64,000 nt of DNA from Chloroflexota bacterium (GCA_003228125.1 QGNP01000004.1:4559-68558); one strand, 5' to 3'; numbered from the stretch's first letter, positions 1-10,332 are shown. Numbers and translations: made by a program. Notes: generated from the sequence alone by a model not told the origin.

Positions 1-1878
1 AATGCTGAATCTTTAATTAATAAAGATATTTTTGATGAATATAATTTTAATAATGATAAGAATAAGAAAAAGAAAAAAAGCAGAAACATCCTTGTTCTTT
101 TTGTGATGATTCTTTTTCTTGCTTTAATTTATTTTAATATATTGCCTACTAATTTTTCTACTTCAAGCGCTAGTCAAGAAAATGATACTCCTCAATACAA
201 GGTTACAAAAGAAGATTTGCCATCGATTCTTCCTATTGAATTCTCTCTAATATCCAATTATTACAATATTAGTGTTTTAGATCCTGATATAATTGGTAAA
301 AAAATTTCTATAAGTTTAAGATTAATATCCTCGATTCAAAATCAAGAAAAAGCTTTCTTTTATTATTACAATAAATTAGATGGACAATGGATAAGGTTAT
401 CTGAAGCAGTAATAAGTAATGATAAAGACATACAAATTGCTACAGCAAAAATTAACAATTTGCCAGATAATATATTAGTTATATCTGCGCCAGAGAGAAT
501 TAGGGAATTAAGCGTAGATTTTTGTCCTGCATGCGATATATCAAGTGTCCCTAAAGTGGATAATTCTAGTATTTTTATGGCAACACCAAATATTTCTGGA
601 GTTGACGGAACAGTAGTATTAAAAAATTTATATCCTAATAAAGATTTTTCAGAATTAAATTTTGATTACGGATTAATTGCCAATGATAAAAGAGCTAGTG
701 AAATAATAAATTTTATTTTAGAAGATTCAAATAGAATTGATAATCATATACAAAATATAATTCTTGAAGCAACAAAATATGGTGCCAAGGGAATACACAT
801 TAATTATCAAAATTTAAAAAATGAAAACCGCGATGCTTTTAGTTTATTTTTGAGCCGACTTTCTGATGCTAAGGAAAAAGCCAATTTTACTAATTTAATT
901 GTTTCAATACCTACGTATCATAATTTTAACGAAGGACCTTTTAATTGGAAGAATATAGCAAGTTCTGTTAATAAGATATGGGTACATACTTCTGATGAAG
1001 AGTCTAAGCACTATGAAGAATTAGATATATTAATGGATAACTTGCATAATATTGAAATGAATAATGCGAGTTTGCACTTAGTAATAGATTCAATTTCTAA
1101 AGAAAGATCAATTAATGGCATAGAATCAATATCTATATTAGATGCTCTTAAAATTGCTACTCAATTTGACATATTGATTTCAACAGATGCAGTTATTCCA
1201 AATTCTCCAATCACATTAAAAGCAAAAAATTTAAATTCATTGAATGAAGCTCCTAATAACATTTATTGGGATTCAAAATCGAAATCTGTTACTTATAGAT
1301 ATAAACTAAATAATAGTGAAAGAACAATTTGGTTTCACAACAGCTTTTCATTAAGATTTCAACTGCATTATGCTAATAAGTATAATTTTAAAGGAGTGGT
1401 TTTTAATACAAATCAATTAGATGATCATACAAATAATTACTGGACCATTTTAACTAAATATTTATCTACAACTGAAGTAGAATTGGTTTCTCCCTATGAT
1501 GACTACGTGAAATTAAATTGGACTACATCTGGTGGTAATTTTGAAAACAATGATGGCAAAAATACGACATGGAGATCGCCAAAAGAACCAGGTGTTTATA
1601 AAATACAATTAAATGTTTCTGATGGGGAACATTTTCTTCTAACTGAATCATTAATTAATGTTGTTTCTGCAAAGAGCATTGCTATATTTATTGATCAAAT
1701 TATGAATAGCTTACCAAAAATTACTTTAATGCTTAAAGAGGAAAATGCAGAAATAAAACAAGTTAATATTGAGATGAATGTCGCCAATGTAGATAAAAAA
1801 GTCGATATTATAAATGAATTAAAAGTTGTCCACTATCGACCAATGCCAAGTGGGCCTCCTGGACCTGCAGGAAACTAA
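1..1878 (+). CDS. Membrane-anchored GH18-fold (chitinase-like, apparently non-catalytic) protein with C-terminal PKD/Ig-like domain; 5'-truncated by the window edge
   Basis: Frame is open from base 1 (NAESLINKDIF...KKKKKSRNILVLFVMILFL), so the gene starts before the window. Lys-rich stretch then a hydrophobic helix. GH18-like segments (YGAKGIHINYQNL, RTIWFHNSFSLRFQLHYANKYNFKGV) and PKD-like segment (WTTSGG...WRSPKEPGVYKIQLNVSDG). Confidence 0.6.
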   Translation, partial: NAESLINKDIFDEYNFNNDKNKKKKKSRNILVLFVMILFLALIYFNILPTNFSTSSASQENDTPQYKVTKEDLPSILPIEFSLISNYYNISVLDPDIIGKKISISLRLISSIQNQEKAFFYYYNKLDGQWIRLSEAVISNDKDIQIATAKINNLPDNILVISAPERIRELSVDFCPACDISSVPKVDNSSIFMATPNISGVDGTVVLKNLYPNKDFSELNFDYGLIANDKRASEIINFILEDSNRIDNHIQNIILEATKYGAKGIHINYQNLKNENRDAFSLFLSRLSDAKEKANFTNLIVSIPTYHNFNEGPFNWKNIASSVNKIWVHTSDEESKHYEELDILMDNLHNIEMNNASLHLVIDSISKERSINGIESISILDALKIATQFDILISTDAVIPNSPITLKAKNLNSLNEAPNNIYWDSKSKSVTYRYKLNNSERTIWFHNSFSLRFQLHYANKYNFKGVVFNTNQLDDHTNNYWTILTKYLSTTEVELVSPYDDYVKLNWTTSGGNFENNDGKNTTWRSPKEPGVYKIQLNVSDGEHFLLTESLINVVSAKSIAIFIDQIMNSLPKITLMLKEENAEIKQVNIEMNVANVDKKVDIINELKVVHYRPMPSGPPGPAGN

Positions 1879-1897
1879 ACTATTTTAAGGAAATAAA

Positions 1898-2446
1898 TTG
1901 CTTATTGTTACAGGAGGAACTGCAAAAGGCAAACGATTAAAATTACCAGACAAAAGAATAACAAGGCCGACCGCACAAATAATCAGAGAATCATTATTTG
2001 GTATCCTTTCTAATTTTGATTTTAATATTAATCAAGTTATTGATCTTTATGCAGGCAGTGGATTGCTTGGTATAGAAGCTTTATCTAGAGGCGCGGATCA
2101 TTGTCTTTTTATCGAATCCAATAGAAACGTATGTAAATTAATAAAAAAAAACTTACTAAGTACTGGTTTTATACATAAAGCTAGAGTTAAAAATGCATTA
2201 ATTGGTAAATGGCAATATGAAAGAAATAATTTATCAACTCTAATCTTAGCAGATCCCCCCTTTAATGATGAGACTAAATGGACTAGTATAGAAAAATCTT
2301 TAGGAGATTTATCACAATGTGATAATGTGATTTTTGTTATAGAACATTTCCATAAAGATTATGCACCAAAGGAAATTAGTGGACTAGGACTAAGAATCAA
2401 TAGAAGGCATGGAGACTCTGTTATAAGTTTTTATATGCAGATTTAA
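1898..2446 (+). CDS. rsmD: 16S rRNA m2G966 methyltransferase
   Basis: GGTAKGKRL...TRPT...RESLF N-terminus, DLYAGSG SAM motif, EALSRGA, ADPPF; directly upstream of coaD; TTG start with AAGGA SD. Confidence 0.93.
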   Translation: MLIVTGGTAKGKRLKLPDKRITRPTAQIIRESLFGILSNFDFNINQVIDLYAGSGLLGIEALSRGADHCLFIESNRNVCKLIKKNLLSTGFIHKARVKNALIGKWQYERNNLSTLILADPPFNDETKWTSIEKSLGDLSQCDNVIFVIEHFHKDYAPKEISGLGLRINRRHGDSVISFYMQI

Positions 2447-2485
2447 AAATGGCTAGTTGTTTATAAGAGTAGATTGGAAATTTAA

Positions 2486-2962
2486 ATGACAGTAGCAATG
2501 TATCCTGGTAGATTCGATCCTGTTACAAATGGCCATTTAGATATAGTTGGACGAGCTTCAAAAATATTTGATGAAGTAATTGTAGCAGTTTCTGCAGGCA
2601 GTGATTCAACTAATCTTTTTACACCACAAGAACGAGTTGAAATGTTTTCAAATGAAGTCAAAAGTATTAAAAATATTAAAGTACAAATTTTTGATGGATT
2701 AACTATAGATGTTGCTAAAAATTTAGAGGTAGATGTTTTGATTAGAGGACTTAGGGCAGTAACTGATTTTACTACTGAATTTGATATGGCTTTAATGAAT
2801 AGAGATATGGCACAACAGATCGAATCTATTTTTTTTATCACATCACTTGAAAATTTATTTTTAAGTGCTAGCAGAGTTAGAGAATTAGCTAGTTTTGGTG
2901 GGGATGTTAAAAAATATGTTCCTTTATCTGTGTCTAAGATGCTAGATAAAAAATTTAAATAA
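2486..2962 (+). CDS. coaD: Phosphopantetheine adenylyltransferase
   Basis: YPGRFDPVTNGHLDIV, IRGLRAVTDF.E, LSASRVRE motifs. Confidence 0.97.
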   Translation: MTVAMYPGRFDPVTNGHLDIVGRASKIFDEVIVAVSAGSDSTNLFTPQERVEMFSNEVKSIKNIKVQIFDGLTIDVAKNLEVDVLIRGLRAVTDFTTEFDMALMNRDMAQQIESIFFITSLENLFLSASRVRELASFGGDVKKYVPLSVSKMLDKKFK

Positions 2963-2977
2963 GGAAGCTTAATAAGC

Positions 2978-3745
2978 ATGGATCTTTTACATTTAGTCGA
3001 TCAATTAGAAGAATTATTAGTTACAGCAAAAAAAATGCCAATGGCTAATAGAGTAATTGTGCAAAAAGATCGACTATTTGAAATTATAGATGAGTTAAGA
3101 ATTGCAGTTCCTAATAACGTTAGAGAAGCTGATGAAATTGTTCTTGAAAAAAATGCAATTTTGAGAAATGCAAAAGAAGATGCAAAAATTATATTGTCTA
3201 GTGCCGAATCAAAGGCTAATAATTTAATTAATGATCATGAAATTATTCAGTCTGCAAGAACTAAAGCAGATATTATAATTCAGCAAGGTGAAAATAATCT
3301 AAAAGAAAGAATTAGTCAAGCAAACATTGAAATCAAAAAACGTATTGAGGACTCAAGAGTTTTGGCTCATCAAGAAATGGGTGCTGCTGATAATTATGCT
3401 AAGCAATTACTAGAAAGACTTGATAGACAACTACAAGCATTTGTTGGTTCTGTACATACTGGTTTAGAACAATTAGAAAGAGTACAGGATGCAAAACAGC
3501 AAAATGAACAAGATCTTTTATTAATGAATACTGAAGAAGTACTAGGGGATCGCCCTGATCAGAACGATCAGAACGATCAGAACGATCAGAACGATCAGAA
3601 CGATCAGAACGATCAGAACGATCAGAACGATCAGAACGATCAGAACGATCTCCTAGAAGTTGATAGCAACATCAATGATAGCAACATCAATGAAGATAAA
3701 GTTGTTGATGATTACTCGCTAAATAATTTTGATGATGAAAAATAA
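2978..3745 (+). CDS. Conserved coiled-coil protein of the rsmD-coaD operon (DivIVA/ATP synthase b-like) with acidic low-complexity DQN-repeat tail
   Basis: MDLLHLVDQLEELL...MPMANRVIV...DELRIAVP...EADEI N-terminus resembles the conserved ORF that follows coaD in many Terrabacteria; long predicted coiled coil; C-terminal repeats. Confidence 0.7.
   Translation: MDLLHLVDQLEELLVTAKKMPMANRVIVQKDRLFEIIDELRIAVPNNVREADEIVLEKNAILRNAKEDAKIILSSAESKANNLINDHEIIQSARTKADIIIQQGENNLKERISQANIEIKKRIEDSRVLAHQEMGAADNYAKQLLERLDRQLQAFVGSVHTGLEQLERVQDAKQQNEQDLLLMNTEEVLGDRPDQNDQNDQNDQNDQNDQNDQNDQNDQNDQNDLLEVDSNINDSNINEDKVVDDYSLNNFDDEK
3557..3650 (+). repeat. Perfect 9-bp tandem repeat (GATCAGAAC) x10 plus GATC, in frame, encoding (DQN)10-D
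   Basis: Read directly from the sequence and the translation. Confidence 0.98.
3661..3693 (+). repeat. 15-bp tandem repeat (TGATAGCAACATCAA) x2, encoding DSNIN-DSNIN
   Basis: Read directly from the sequence. Confidence 0.9.
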
Positions 3746-3760
3746 TTTAACTTAAATACA

Positions 3761-6241
3761 TTAATTTGTAATTACAATATTTAATAATTTGTCTTGAATG
3801 TAGATTACTTTTAAAATATTTTTATTTTGAACATAACCAGCAATTTTCTTATTTTTTTGTGCAAGCGATAACATGGTTGATTCGTCTATACCAACAGAAA
3901 CTTCAATGGCAGCTCTTAATTTTCCATTAATTTGAATAGGGATTACTTGAGTAATTGATTTTGTATATTTATCTATAAATATTGGCCAGCTATTTAAGTG
4001 AACAGATGAATTTTTTCCTAATAAATGCCATAATTCTTCAGCGATATGAGGGCATGATGGAGCAATCATTAGACATAAATATTCTATTGCTTTGTCCCAT
4101 GCAACTTCATCGTCATCATTTATTTCTTTTATTGTTGATAGTTCATTTGTTAATTCCATTAATGCCGCAATCATTGTATTGAATTTAAATGATGCAATAT
4201 CTAATGTAACTTTTTTAAGAGTAGAGTGATTTATTTTATTTATTTGATCTGTTTTTTTAGCAATTTTTTTATTTTTGATTGGTTTAGATAGCACAAGTTG
4301 CCATAGCCTGTTAAGCCATCTATGAGTTCCAACAACTCCAGATAAGTCATATGGTCCTCCTTGATCCCATGGTCCTAAGAACATTAAATATGAACGAAAA
4401 GCATCTGCACCCCATTTATTTATCTGTGCATCTGGGGCAACTACATTTCCTTTAGATTTGGACATTCTTTGTCCATCAGTGCCTAAGATTTGTCCTTGAC
4501 TAAAATAATTTGTAAATGGCTCATTATCTTCTAGTATTTTCATATCTCGTGCAGCTTTGTAAAAAAATCTTGAATACAAAAGATGCATGGTGGCATGCTC
4601 GGCACCGCCAGTATATTGATCTACTGGCAACCAATTTTTTTCCGCATCTTTACTGATAATATTTGTATTATTTTTTGGGTTAGCATATCTCATATAGTAC
4701 CAAGATGAACACATGAATGTATCCATAGTATCAGTTTCTCTTTTAGCTGGCTTCTTGCAATTTGGACAGGTTGTATTTACAAATTCTTCATTTAATGATA
4801 ACGGAGATTTGCCGGTTGGCAGGAATTCTACATTGTATGGAAGCGTAATTGGTAAATCTTCTTCTGGTACCGGTACAATACCGCATCCATCGTTATCACA
4901 GTATATTATTGGAATAGGTGCTCCCCAATATCTTTGTCTTGAAATTAGCCAATCTCTCATCCTGTATTGTATTTTTCTCACTCCCTTTTTTTCATTTTCA
5001 AGACAATCAATTATTTTTTCTTTTGCAGTATCTGAATCTAGATTATTATATTGTTGTGAATTAATGAGTACGCCTTTTTCAGTAAAAGCATTAGTTAATT
5101 GTTCAGTAGCTATGTTGGTATTTTTTGATACAACTTGAATAATTGGGAGTAAGAATTTTTTTGCAAATTGAAAGTCTCTTTCATCATGTGCGGGTACACC
5201 CATAACAGCTCCTGTCCCATAAGTTGGGGACACATAGTCTGATATCCAAATTGGTATATGGTTTTTACTTAATGGATGAATGCAATAAGCACCTGTAAAT
5301 ACGCCCGTTTTTTCTTTCACTAAAGACTGACGTTCTATTTCTGTTTTTAATTTAGTATCAATACGGTACTTTGTAATTTTATCTGAAAAATCACTAGTGG
5401 TTATTTGATCAACTAATGGATGCTCGGGAGCAAGAACCATAAAAGTTACTCCGAATAATGTATCGGGACGAGTTGTAAATACATTGATTATTTCTTTAGA
5501 AATATCTTTATCATTTTTAAGAATTGAAAATTTTATTTCAGCTCCTTCAGATTTACCAATCCAATTTTTCTGCATTGCTTTTACTGATTCTGGCCAATTC
5601 AAATTGTCATGATTAAGTAATTCTTCGGCGTAATTAGTTATTTTATAAAACCATTGCTCCATTTCTCTTTGTTCAACTAATGCACCTGACCTATCTGAAC
5701 GTCCATCAATAACTTGTTCGTTTGCAAGAGTCGTTTCATCAACTGGGTCCCAATTTACTAATGCTTTGCCTTTGTATGCAAGGTTATTTTTTAAGAGTTG
5801 CAAGAACCACCATTGAGTCCATTTATAGTATTCTTCAGAGCTAGTGTTTACTTCTCTATTCCAATCAAACATGCCTCCCATTTTTTTGAGTTGTTTTCTC
5901 ATTCTAATAATATTTTGATCGGTCCAATCTTTAGGGTGTGTTTTTCCTTTAATTGCAGCATTTTCAGCCGGAAGACCAAAAGCATCAAATCCCATTGGGA
6001 AAAGGACATTGTCACCTTTCATTCTATAGAATCTTGCTAAAGTATCTGATGGAGCCATGGCATACCAATGACCTATATGAAGATCTCCAGAAGTATAAGG
6101 GAACATAGTTAAATGATATCTATTTTTTTTACCTTTAATAACATCAGGAATATTGTAAATGCCATCTTTGTCCCAACTTTTTTGCCAGAATTCTTCAATT
6201 TGAGCTGGATTGTATTCTTGTTTATTATTTTTTTCACTCAT
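3761..6241 (-). CDS. leuS: Leucine--tRNA ligase
   Basis: MFPYTSGDLHIGHW (HIGH), FTTRPDT editing domain, GTGAVMGVPAHDERD, ISRQRYWGAPIP, RMSKSKGN (KMSKS). Confidence 0.99.
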   Translation of the reverse strand: MSEKNNKQEYNPAQIEEFWQKSWDKDGIYNIPDVIKGKKNRYHLTMFPYTSGDLHIGHWYAMAPSDTLARFYRMKGDNVLFPMGFDAFGLPAENAAIKGKTHPKDWTDQNIIRMRKQLKKMGGMFDWNREVNTSSEEYYKWTQWWFLQLLKNNLAYKGKALVNWDPVDETTLANEQVIDGRSDRSGALVEQREMEQWFYKITNYAEELLNHDNLNWPESVKAMQKNWIGKSEGAEIKFSILKNDKDISKEIINVFTTRPDTLFGVTFMVLAPEHPLVDQITTSDFSDKITKYRIDTKLKTEIERQSLVKEKTGVFTGAYCIHPLSKNHIPIWISDYVSPTYGTGAVMGVPAHDERDFQFAKKFLLPIIQVVSKNTNIATEQLTNAFTEKGVLINSQQYNNLDSDTAKEKIIDCLENEKKGVRKIQYRMRDWLISRQRYWGAPIPIIYCDNDGCGIVPVPEEDLPITLPYNVEFLPTGKSPLSLNEEFVNTTCPNCKKPAKRETDTMDTFMCSSWYYMRYANPKNNTNIISKDAEKNWLPVDQYTGGAEHATMHLLYSRFFYKAARDMKILEDNEPFTNYFSQGQILGTDGQRMSKSKGNVVAPDAQINKWGADAFRSYLMFLGPWDQGGPYDLSGVVGTHRWLNRLWQLVLSKPIKNKKIAKKTDQINKINHSTLKKVTLDIASFKFNTMIAALMELTNELSTIKEINDDDEVAWDKAIEYLCLMIAPSCPHIAEELWHLLGKNSSVHLNSWPIFIDKYTKSITQVIPIQINGKLRAAIEVSVGIDESTMLSLAQKNKKIAGYVQNKNILKVIYIQDKLLNIVITN

Positions 6242-6438
6242 AATATTCTATATTCTCTAAATAATAGATTGGTTGATAGTTATTTATTGTTAAATTAACG
6301 ATTTTTTTTCAATTAATTACAATATGTTTATTTTAAATAGGTTCTTTTAATATTTAGAATGATAATTTTAGTTGTTTGTAAGCCTAATATGGCTAAGATA
6401 TATTTATATATGAGAGTACTTATTAAGTCAGGAACAAT

Positions 6439-8634
6439 ATGCATAACTTAGGGTTCACCGGATCTTTAGCTAATTTTTCAATTCGACATAAATTTTTTGT
6501 TGTTTTATTTTGGATAGTTTTATTTTTTGTAGGTGGTTTTTTTGCTTCTGGAATAGGAGAATATACTGAAAATGATCAAGGATTTGTTACAGAACCTGAA
6601 TCAGAACAGGCACTTTCTTTATATACTAAATATTTTCGTCAAGGAGAAAGCATTGCTCTGGCGGAAAACATTATTGTTTCTTCAACTAACAATCAAACAA
6701 TTAATAACGAATCATTTAAGAACTTGGTATTAACTATTACAGATGAAGTTCGTTATTTAGAATCAAGTGTTAAATCTGTTACAAATTTTTATGAAACTAA
6801 TTTAAGAAGTTTAGTTTCAATAGACGATAAGGTTACTCTTATTCCCGTAGATCTTAAAGGTACGTATCAAAATTCATCGTTAACTGCAAAACCTTTTGTC
6901 GAACTCATAAATAAGCTCGATGAAGAGAACAAAGATTTTCAAATACTGACTTCTGGATTTGCTTCCATTAATTTAAATTTTGAAGAAGTAGCTGAAAAAG
7001 ATTTAACTAGTGAAATTGCCGTCATGCCGTTCGCATTAATCGTGCTGTTGTTAGTTTTTGGTGCTTTTGTTGCTTCTGTTATACCAATGATTCTTGGCCT
7101 TATTGCAATTGTTGTCACAATTGGAATCTGTGCTATTATTTCAAGGTTTTATCCATTAAATATTTTTGTGGCAAATATTGTTTTGACGATTGGTTTGGCA
7201 GTTGGCATTGATTATGCACTTTTTATTATGGATAGATTTCGCGAAGAACGTTCTAAAGGGGTTGAAAAAGTAGATGCAATTCTTAATGCAAGCAAAACAT
7301 CTTCGCGAGCAGTGTTATTTTCAGGATTTACTGTAATGGTATCTTTAATTGGTATGTTTATAGTTCCTACTGATATTTTTAGAAGCCTAGGCCTTGGTTC
7401 AATAATTGTAGTAATTATGGCAATTTTTACATCATTAACACTTTTGCCAGCAATACTTGCTATATTAGGTGACAATATTAATCGATTGCAAATTCCTTTA
7501 CTTTCTCAAAAATATAAAGAAGAAAGTAAATTTTGGTCAGCAATTGCTGTGAATGTAATGAAATTTAAAATTATCGGCATTGCTATTCCGGCTATCATCT
7601 TAGTATTTTTAAGCGTGCAATATTTTAATATCACGATTGGTGCAAGTGGGGTAGAAACACTTCCAGAAGATAATAGAGCGCGAATCGCTTTTGAATTACT
7701 AGATGAAACTTTTCTTTCTGGTGGAATTACTACACCAATTTTGATAGTTGCTGAAAATAAAAATAATGAACAAGAGGCACTTCTTGCTGGTTTTCTTAGA
7801 TTGAATGAAGAAATTATTAATAGTAAAGCATTTGGCCCTATTCTTGCTTATGAAACGACTGATAGCAAAGAGGCCTTTGTATTAACGGTTGCTCCTTTGG
7901 GTTCTGCAACAAGCGGTTCTGCGACTAATTCGGTAAAATTTTTAAGAGATAAATTAATTCCAAATTCATTTAATGTTAACGCATCAAATATTTTGGTCGG
8001 TGGTCAAAGTGCCGGATATCAAGATTTTTATGAATTAGTGAATAAGTACACGCCTATTGTTTTTGTCTTTGTATTGTCTACAAGCTTTCTTATATTACTA
8101 GTAGTATTTCGATCTATATTTGTGCCGATTAAGGCTGTAATTATGAATATGCTTGGAGTTGGTTCTGCGTATGGTTTGATGTACTTAGTTTTTGAAAGAG
8201 GCTATGGTGCTGATTTTTTTGGTTTTCAACAAGTAGAAAGCATTGAGGCATGGGTCCCATTATTTTTATTCACTATTGTTTTTGGACTCTCAATGGATTA
8301 CGAAGTTTTTCTCTTAAGTCGAATTCGAGAACGATTTGATGCAACTGGAGATAATCAAGATGCTGTAGCACATGGAATCAAAAGAACTGGTAAATTAATA
8401 ACGGGAGCTGCTGCAATCATGATTGTGGTTTTTTCTGGTTTTGCAATGGGAGATTTATCAGCATTTCAGCAAATGGGATTTGGAACAGGAATTGCTGTCT
8501 TGATAGATGCGACAATTATTAGGATGATTTTTGTACCAGCATCTATGGCATTAGCTGATAAATGGAATTGGTACTTTCCTAGTTGGTTAAATTGGATACC
8601 AGATGTTAGAGTAGAACCATCAGAAAATAAATAA
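6439..8634 (+). CDS. MMPL family (RND superfamily) transporter
   Basis: Two membrane repeats with GLAVGIDYALF..RFREE and FGLSMDYEVFLLSRIRE motifs; LIDATIIRM..VPA. Confidence 0.92.
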   Translation: MHNLGFTGSLANFSIRHKFFVVLFWIVLFFVGGFFASGIGEYTENDQGFVTEPESEQALSLYTKYFRQGESIALAENIIVSSTNNQTINNESFKNLVLTITDEVRYLESSVKSVTNFYETNLRSLVSIDDKVTLIPVDLKGTYQNSSLTAKPFVELINKLDEENKDFQILTSGFASINLNFEEVAEKDLTSEIAVMPFALIVLLLVFGAFVASVIPMILGLIAIVVTIGICAIISRFYPLNIFVANIVLTIGLAVGIDYALFIMDRFREERSKGVEKVDAILNASKTSSRAVLFSGFTVMVSLIGMFIVPTDIFRSLGLGSIIVVIMAIFTSLTLLPAILAILGDNINRLQIPLLSQKYKEESKFWSAIAVNVMKFKIIGIAIPAIILVFLSVQYFNITIGASGVETLPEDNRARIAFELLDETFLSGGITTPILIVAENKNNEQEALLAGFLRLNEEIINSKAFGPILAYETTDSKEAFVLTVAPLGSATSGSATNSVKFLRDKLIPNSFNVNASNILVGGQSAGYQDFYELVNKYTPIVFVFVLSTSFLILLVVFRSIFVPIKAVIMNMLGVGSAYGLMYLVFERGYGADFFGFQQVESIEAWVPLFLFTIVFGLSMDYEVFLLSRIRERFDATGDNQDAVAHGIKRTGKLITGAAAIMIVVFSGFAMGDLSAFQQMGFGTGIAVLIDATIIRMIFVPASMALADKWNWYFPSWLNWIPDVRVEPSENK

Positions 8635-8641
8635 ATATTTT

Positions 8642-9070
8642 ATGAAGGGAATGAAAATGTTTAATGGAATTAAAGGTGTCTTTATTCGGGTTTATAACAT
8701 TGAGGCAGCTACTGAAAAATATTTAAGCATACTTGGTGGAAAATTAATACAAAGGCATAAATTTGAAGATTTAGGATTTGATACTTCGGTTATAGAGTTT
8801 GAAGATGATTCATTTATTGAAATTATTGCCCCCATTGATGCATCTGGACCAGTACAAAAAGCTTTAGATAAATTTGGCGAAGGAGTGCATCTTGTTGCAA
8901 TGAATAATGATGATCCATCTCAAACAGTTGCAAGCTTAAGAAAAATGTCGATAAAATTAATTAATGATGCAGGCGAAGATAGCCCTATAGCACAGCAAAT
9001 TTTTATTCATCCTAAAGAATTAAATGGAATGATGGCTTTAGTTGCTGGCACTCCAGTGGATGAAAAATAA
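8642..9070 (+). CDS. VOC/glyoxalase superfamily protein (methylmalonyl-CoA epimerase-like, metal ligands partly missing)
   Basis: FIEIIAP, LDKFGEGVHLVA, IFIHPKELNG resemble MCE-like VOC proteins. Confidence 0.75.
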   Translation: MKGMKMFNGIKGVFIRVYNIEAATEKYLSILGGKLIQRHKFEDLGFDTSVIEFEDDSFIEIIAPIDASGPVQKALDKFGEGVHLVAMNNDDPSQTVASLRKMSIKLINDAGEDSPIAQQIFIHPKELNGMMALVAGTPVDEK

Positions 9071-9381
9071 TAGTAAAGTGTCACAAAGAAGCAATAGAAT
9101 GCTTAAAGAACGTTTTAGACTGATTAGGACTATATGCGATTTAGTTATTATTTAAATCTTCTGCAAAATTAGGCATCGATAGTTTAATGCGTTGTTTTAT
9201 TTCTAGTATGTTGCCTTATTTTCAAGTTACAAATAATTTAAAACATTTCATTGATGAAGTTGGCCTGGGTTTAAAATATATATAATACGGTACTAATTAT
9301 TTAAACGAGCTTCTAGATAATAATTCGTTGGTAATAAAAGATAGAGATACGCTTAATCTAATTTATAGATAGGATTTTTTT

Positions 9382-10332
9382 ATGAGAATTGCAATACTTG
9401 ACGATTACACTTCTGATGCTGAAAAATTGGCTGATTGGAGCAAGCTATCAAATGAAGTCGAAGTTATTTTTTTTCATGAACATTTTTTTGATAAACAAAA
9501 TATGATTCAAATACTAAAAGATTTTGATATTCTTGCAGTTATGAGAGAGAGGACAATAATCGATAGAGAGGTATTAAAATCACTGCCAAAATTAAAATTT
9601 ATTGTTACTTCTGGAATGGCTAATGCAGCTATAGACATACATACAGCTCATGAGTTAAAAATTATTGTAAGTGGAACAGAATCAAGCGGCATTTCTACTA
9701 CAGAACAAACATGGGCATTAATTCTTGGTTTAACGCATAGAATAGTACCTGAACATAATAATATTTTTCAAAATAAATGGCAACAAGGTTTAGCTAGAGA
9801 ACTTTATGGTAAAAACCTTGGATTGATTGGACTAGGAAGAATTGGCTTGCAGGTTGCAAATATTGGTAAAGCTTTTGGCATGAATATTTTAGCTTGGAGT
9901 CAAAATTTAGATCAATCATTTACTGAATCTCAAGGTGTTACTTATGTTTCTTCAAAAAATGAACTTTGTAAAATTAGTGACATATTGTCTTTGCATGTTA
10001 GGTTGTCAGAAAGAACAGAGAATTTAATTAATTCCACTGAACTATTGGCGATGAAAAAGGATGCATATTTAATCAATACTTCTAGAGGACAAATTGTTAA
10101 TGAAGCTGCATTAATTTATGCATTAGAAAAAAAGATAATTGCAGGAGCTGGTTTAGATGTATTCAACAAAGAGCCTCTTCCATTAGAAAGTCCATTAATA
10201 AAATTAGATAACTTGCTCCTATCTCCGCATTTAGGCTATGGAACTATCGAGCTAATGAAAAAATTCTATTCTCAAATTCTTGAGGATATCGAGGCTTTTT
10301 TAAATGAAAAACCTATCAGGCTTATTATTTAA
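9382..10332 (+). CDS. D-isomer-specific 2-hydroxyacid dehydrogenase
   Basis: MRIAILDDY, GLIGLGRIG Rossmann motif, LINTSRG, LDVF..EP, SPHLGY. Confidence 0.93.
   Translation: MRIAILDDYTSDAEKLADWSKLSNEVEVIFFHEHFFDKQNMIQILKDFDILAVMRERTIIDREVLKSLPKLKFIVTSGMANAAIDIHTAHELKIIVSGTESSGISTTEQTWALILGLTHRIVPEHNNIFQNKWQQGLARELYGKNLGLIGLGRIGLQVANIGKAFGMNILAWSQNLDQSFTESQGVTYVSSKNELCKISDILSLHVRLSERTENLINSTELLAMKKDAYLINTSRGQIVNEAALIYALEKKIIAGAGLDVFNKEPLPLESPLIKLDNLLLSPHLGYGTIELMKKFYSQILEDIEAFLNEKPIRLII

Noticed and set aside
2482-2979. 165-aa minus-strand ORF
   Set aside because: Antisense shadow of coaD; no motifs.
3557-3650. Repeat array as a possible CRISPR
   Set aside because: 9-bp head-to-tail units with no spacers, in frame within a CDS; no cas genes.
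3982-6298. Several plus-strand ORFs (3982-4182, 4713-5138, 5798-6040, 6113-6298)
   Set aside because: Antisense to the well-supported leuS; no recognisable domains.
9071-9381. 311-nt intergenic gap with short ORFs (about 22-32 aa on either strand)
   Set aside because: No convincing SD-plus-start combination, motif or stable hairpin; cannot support a gene or RNA.
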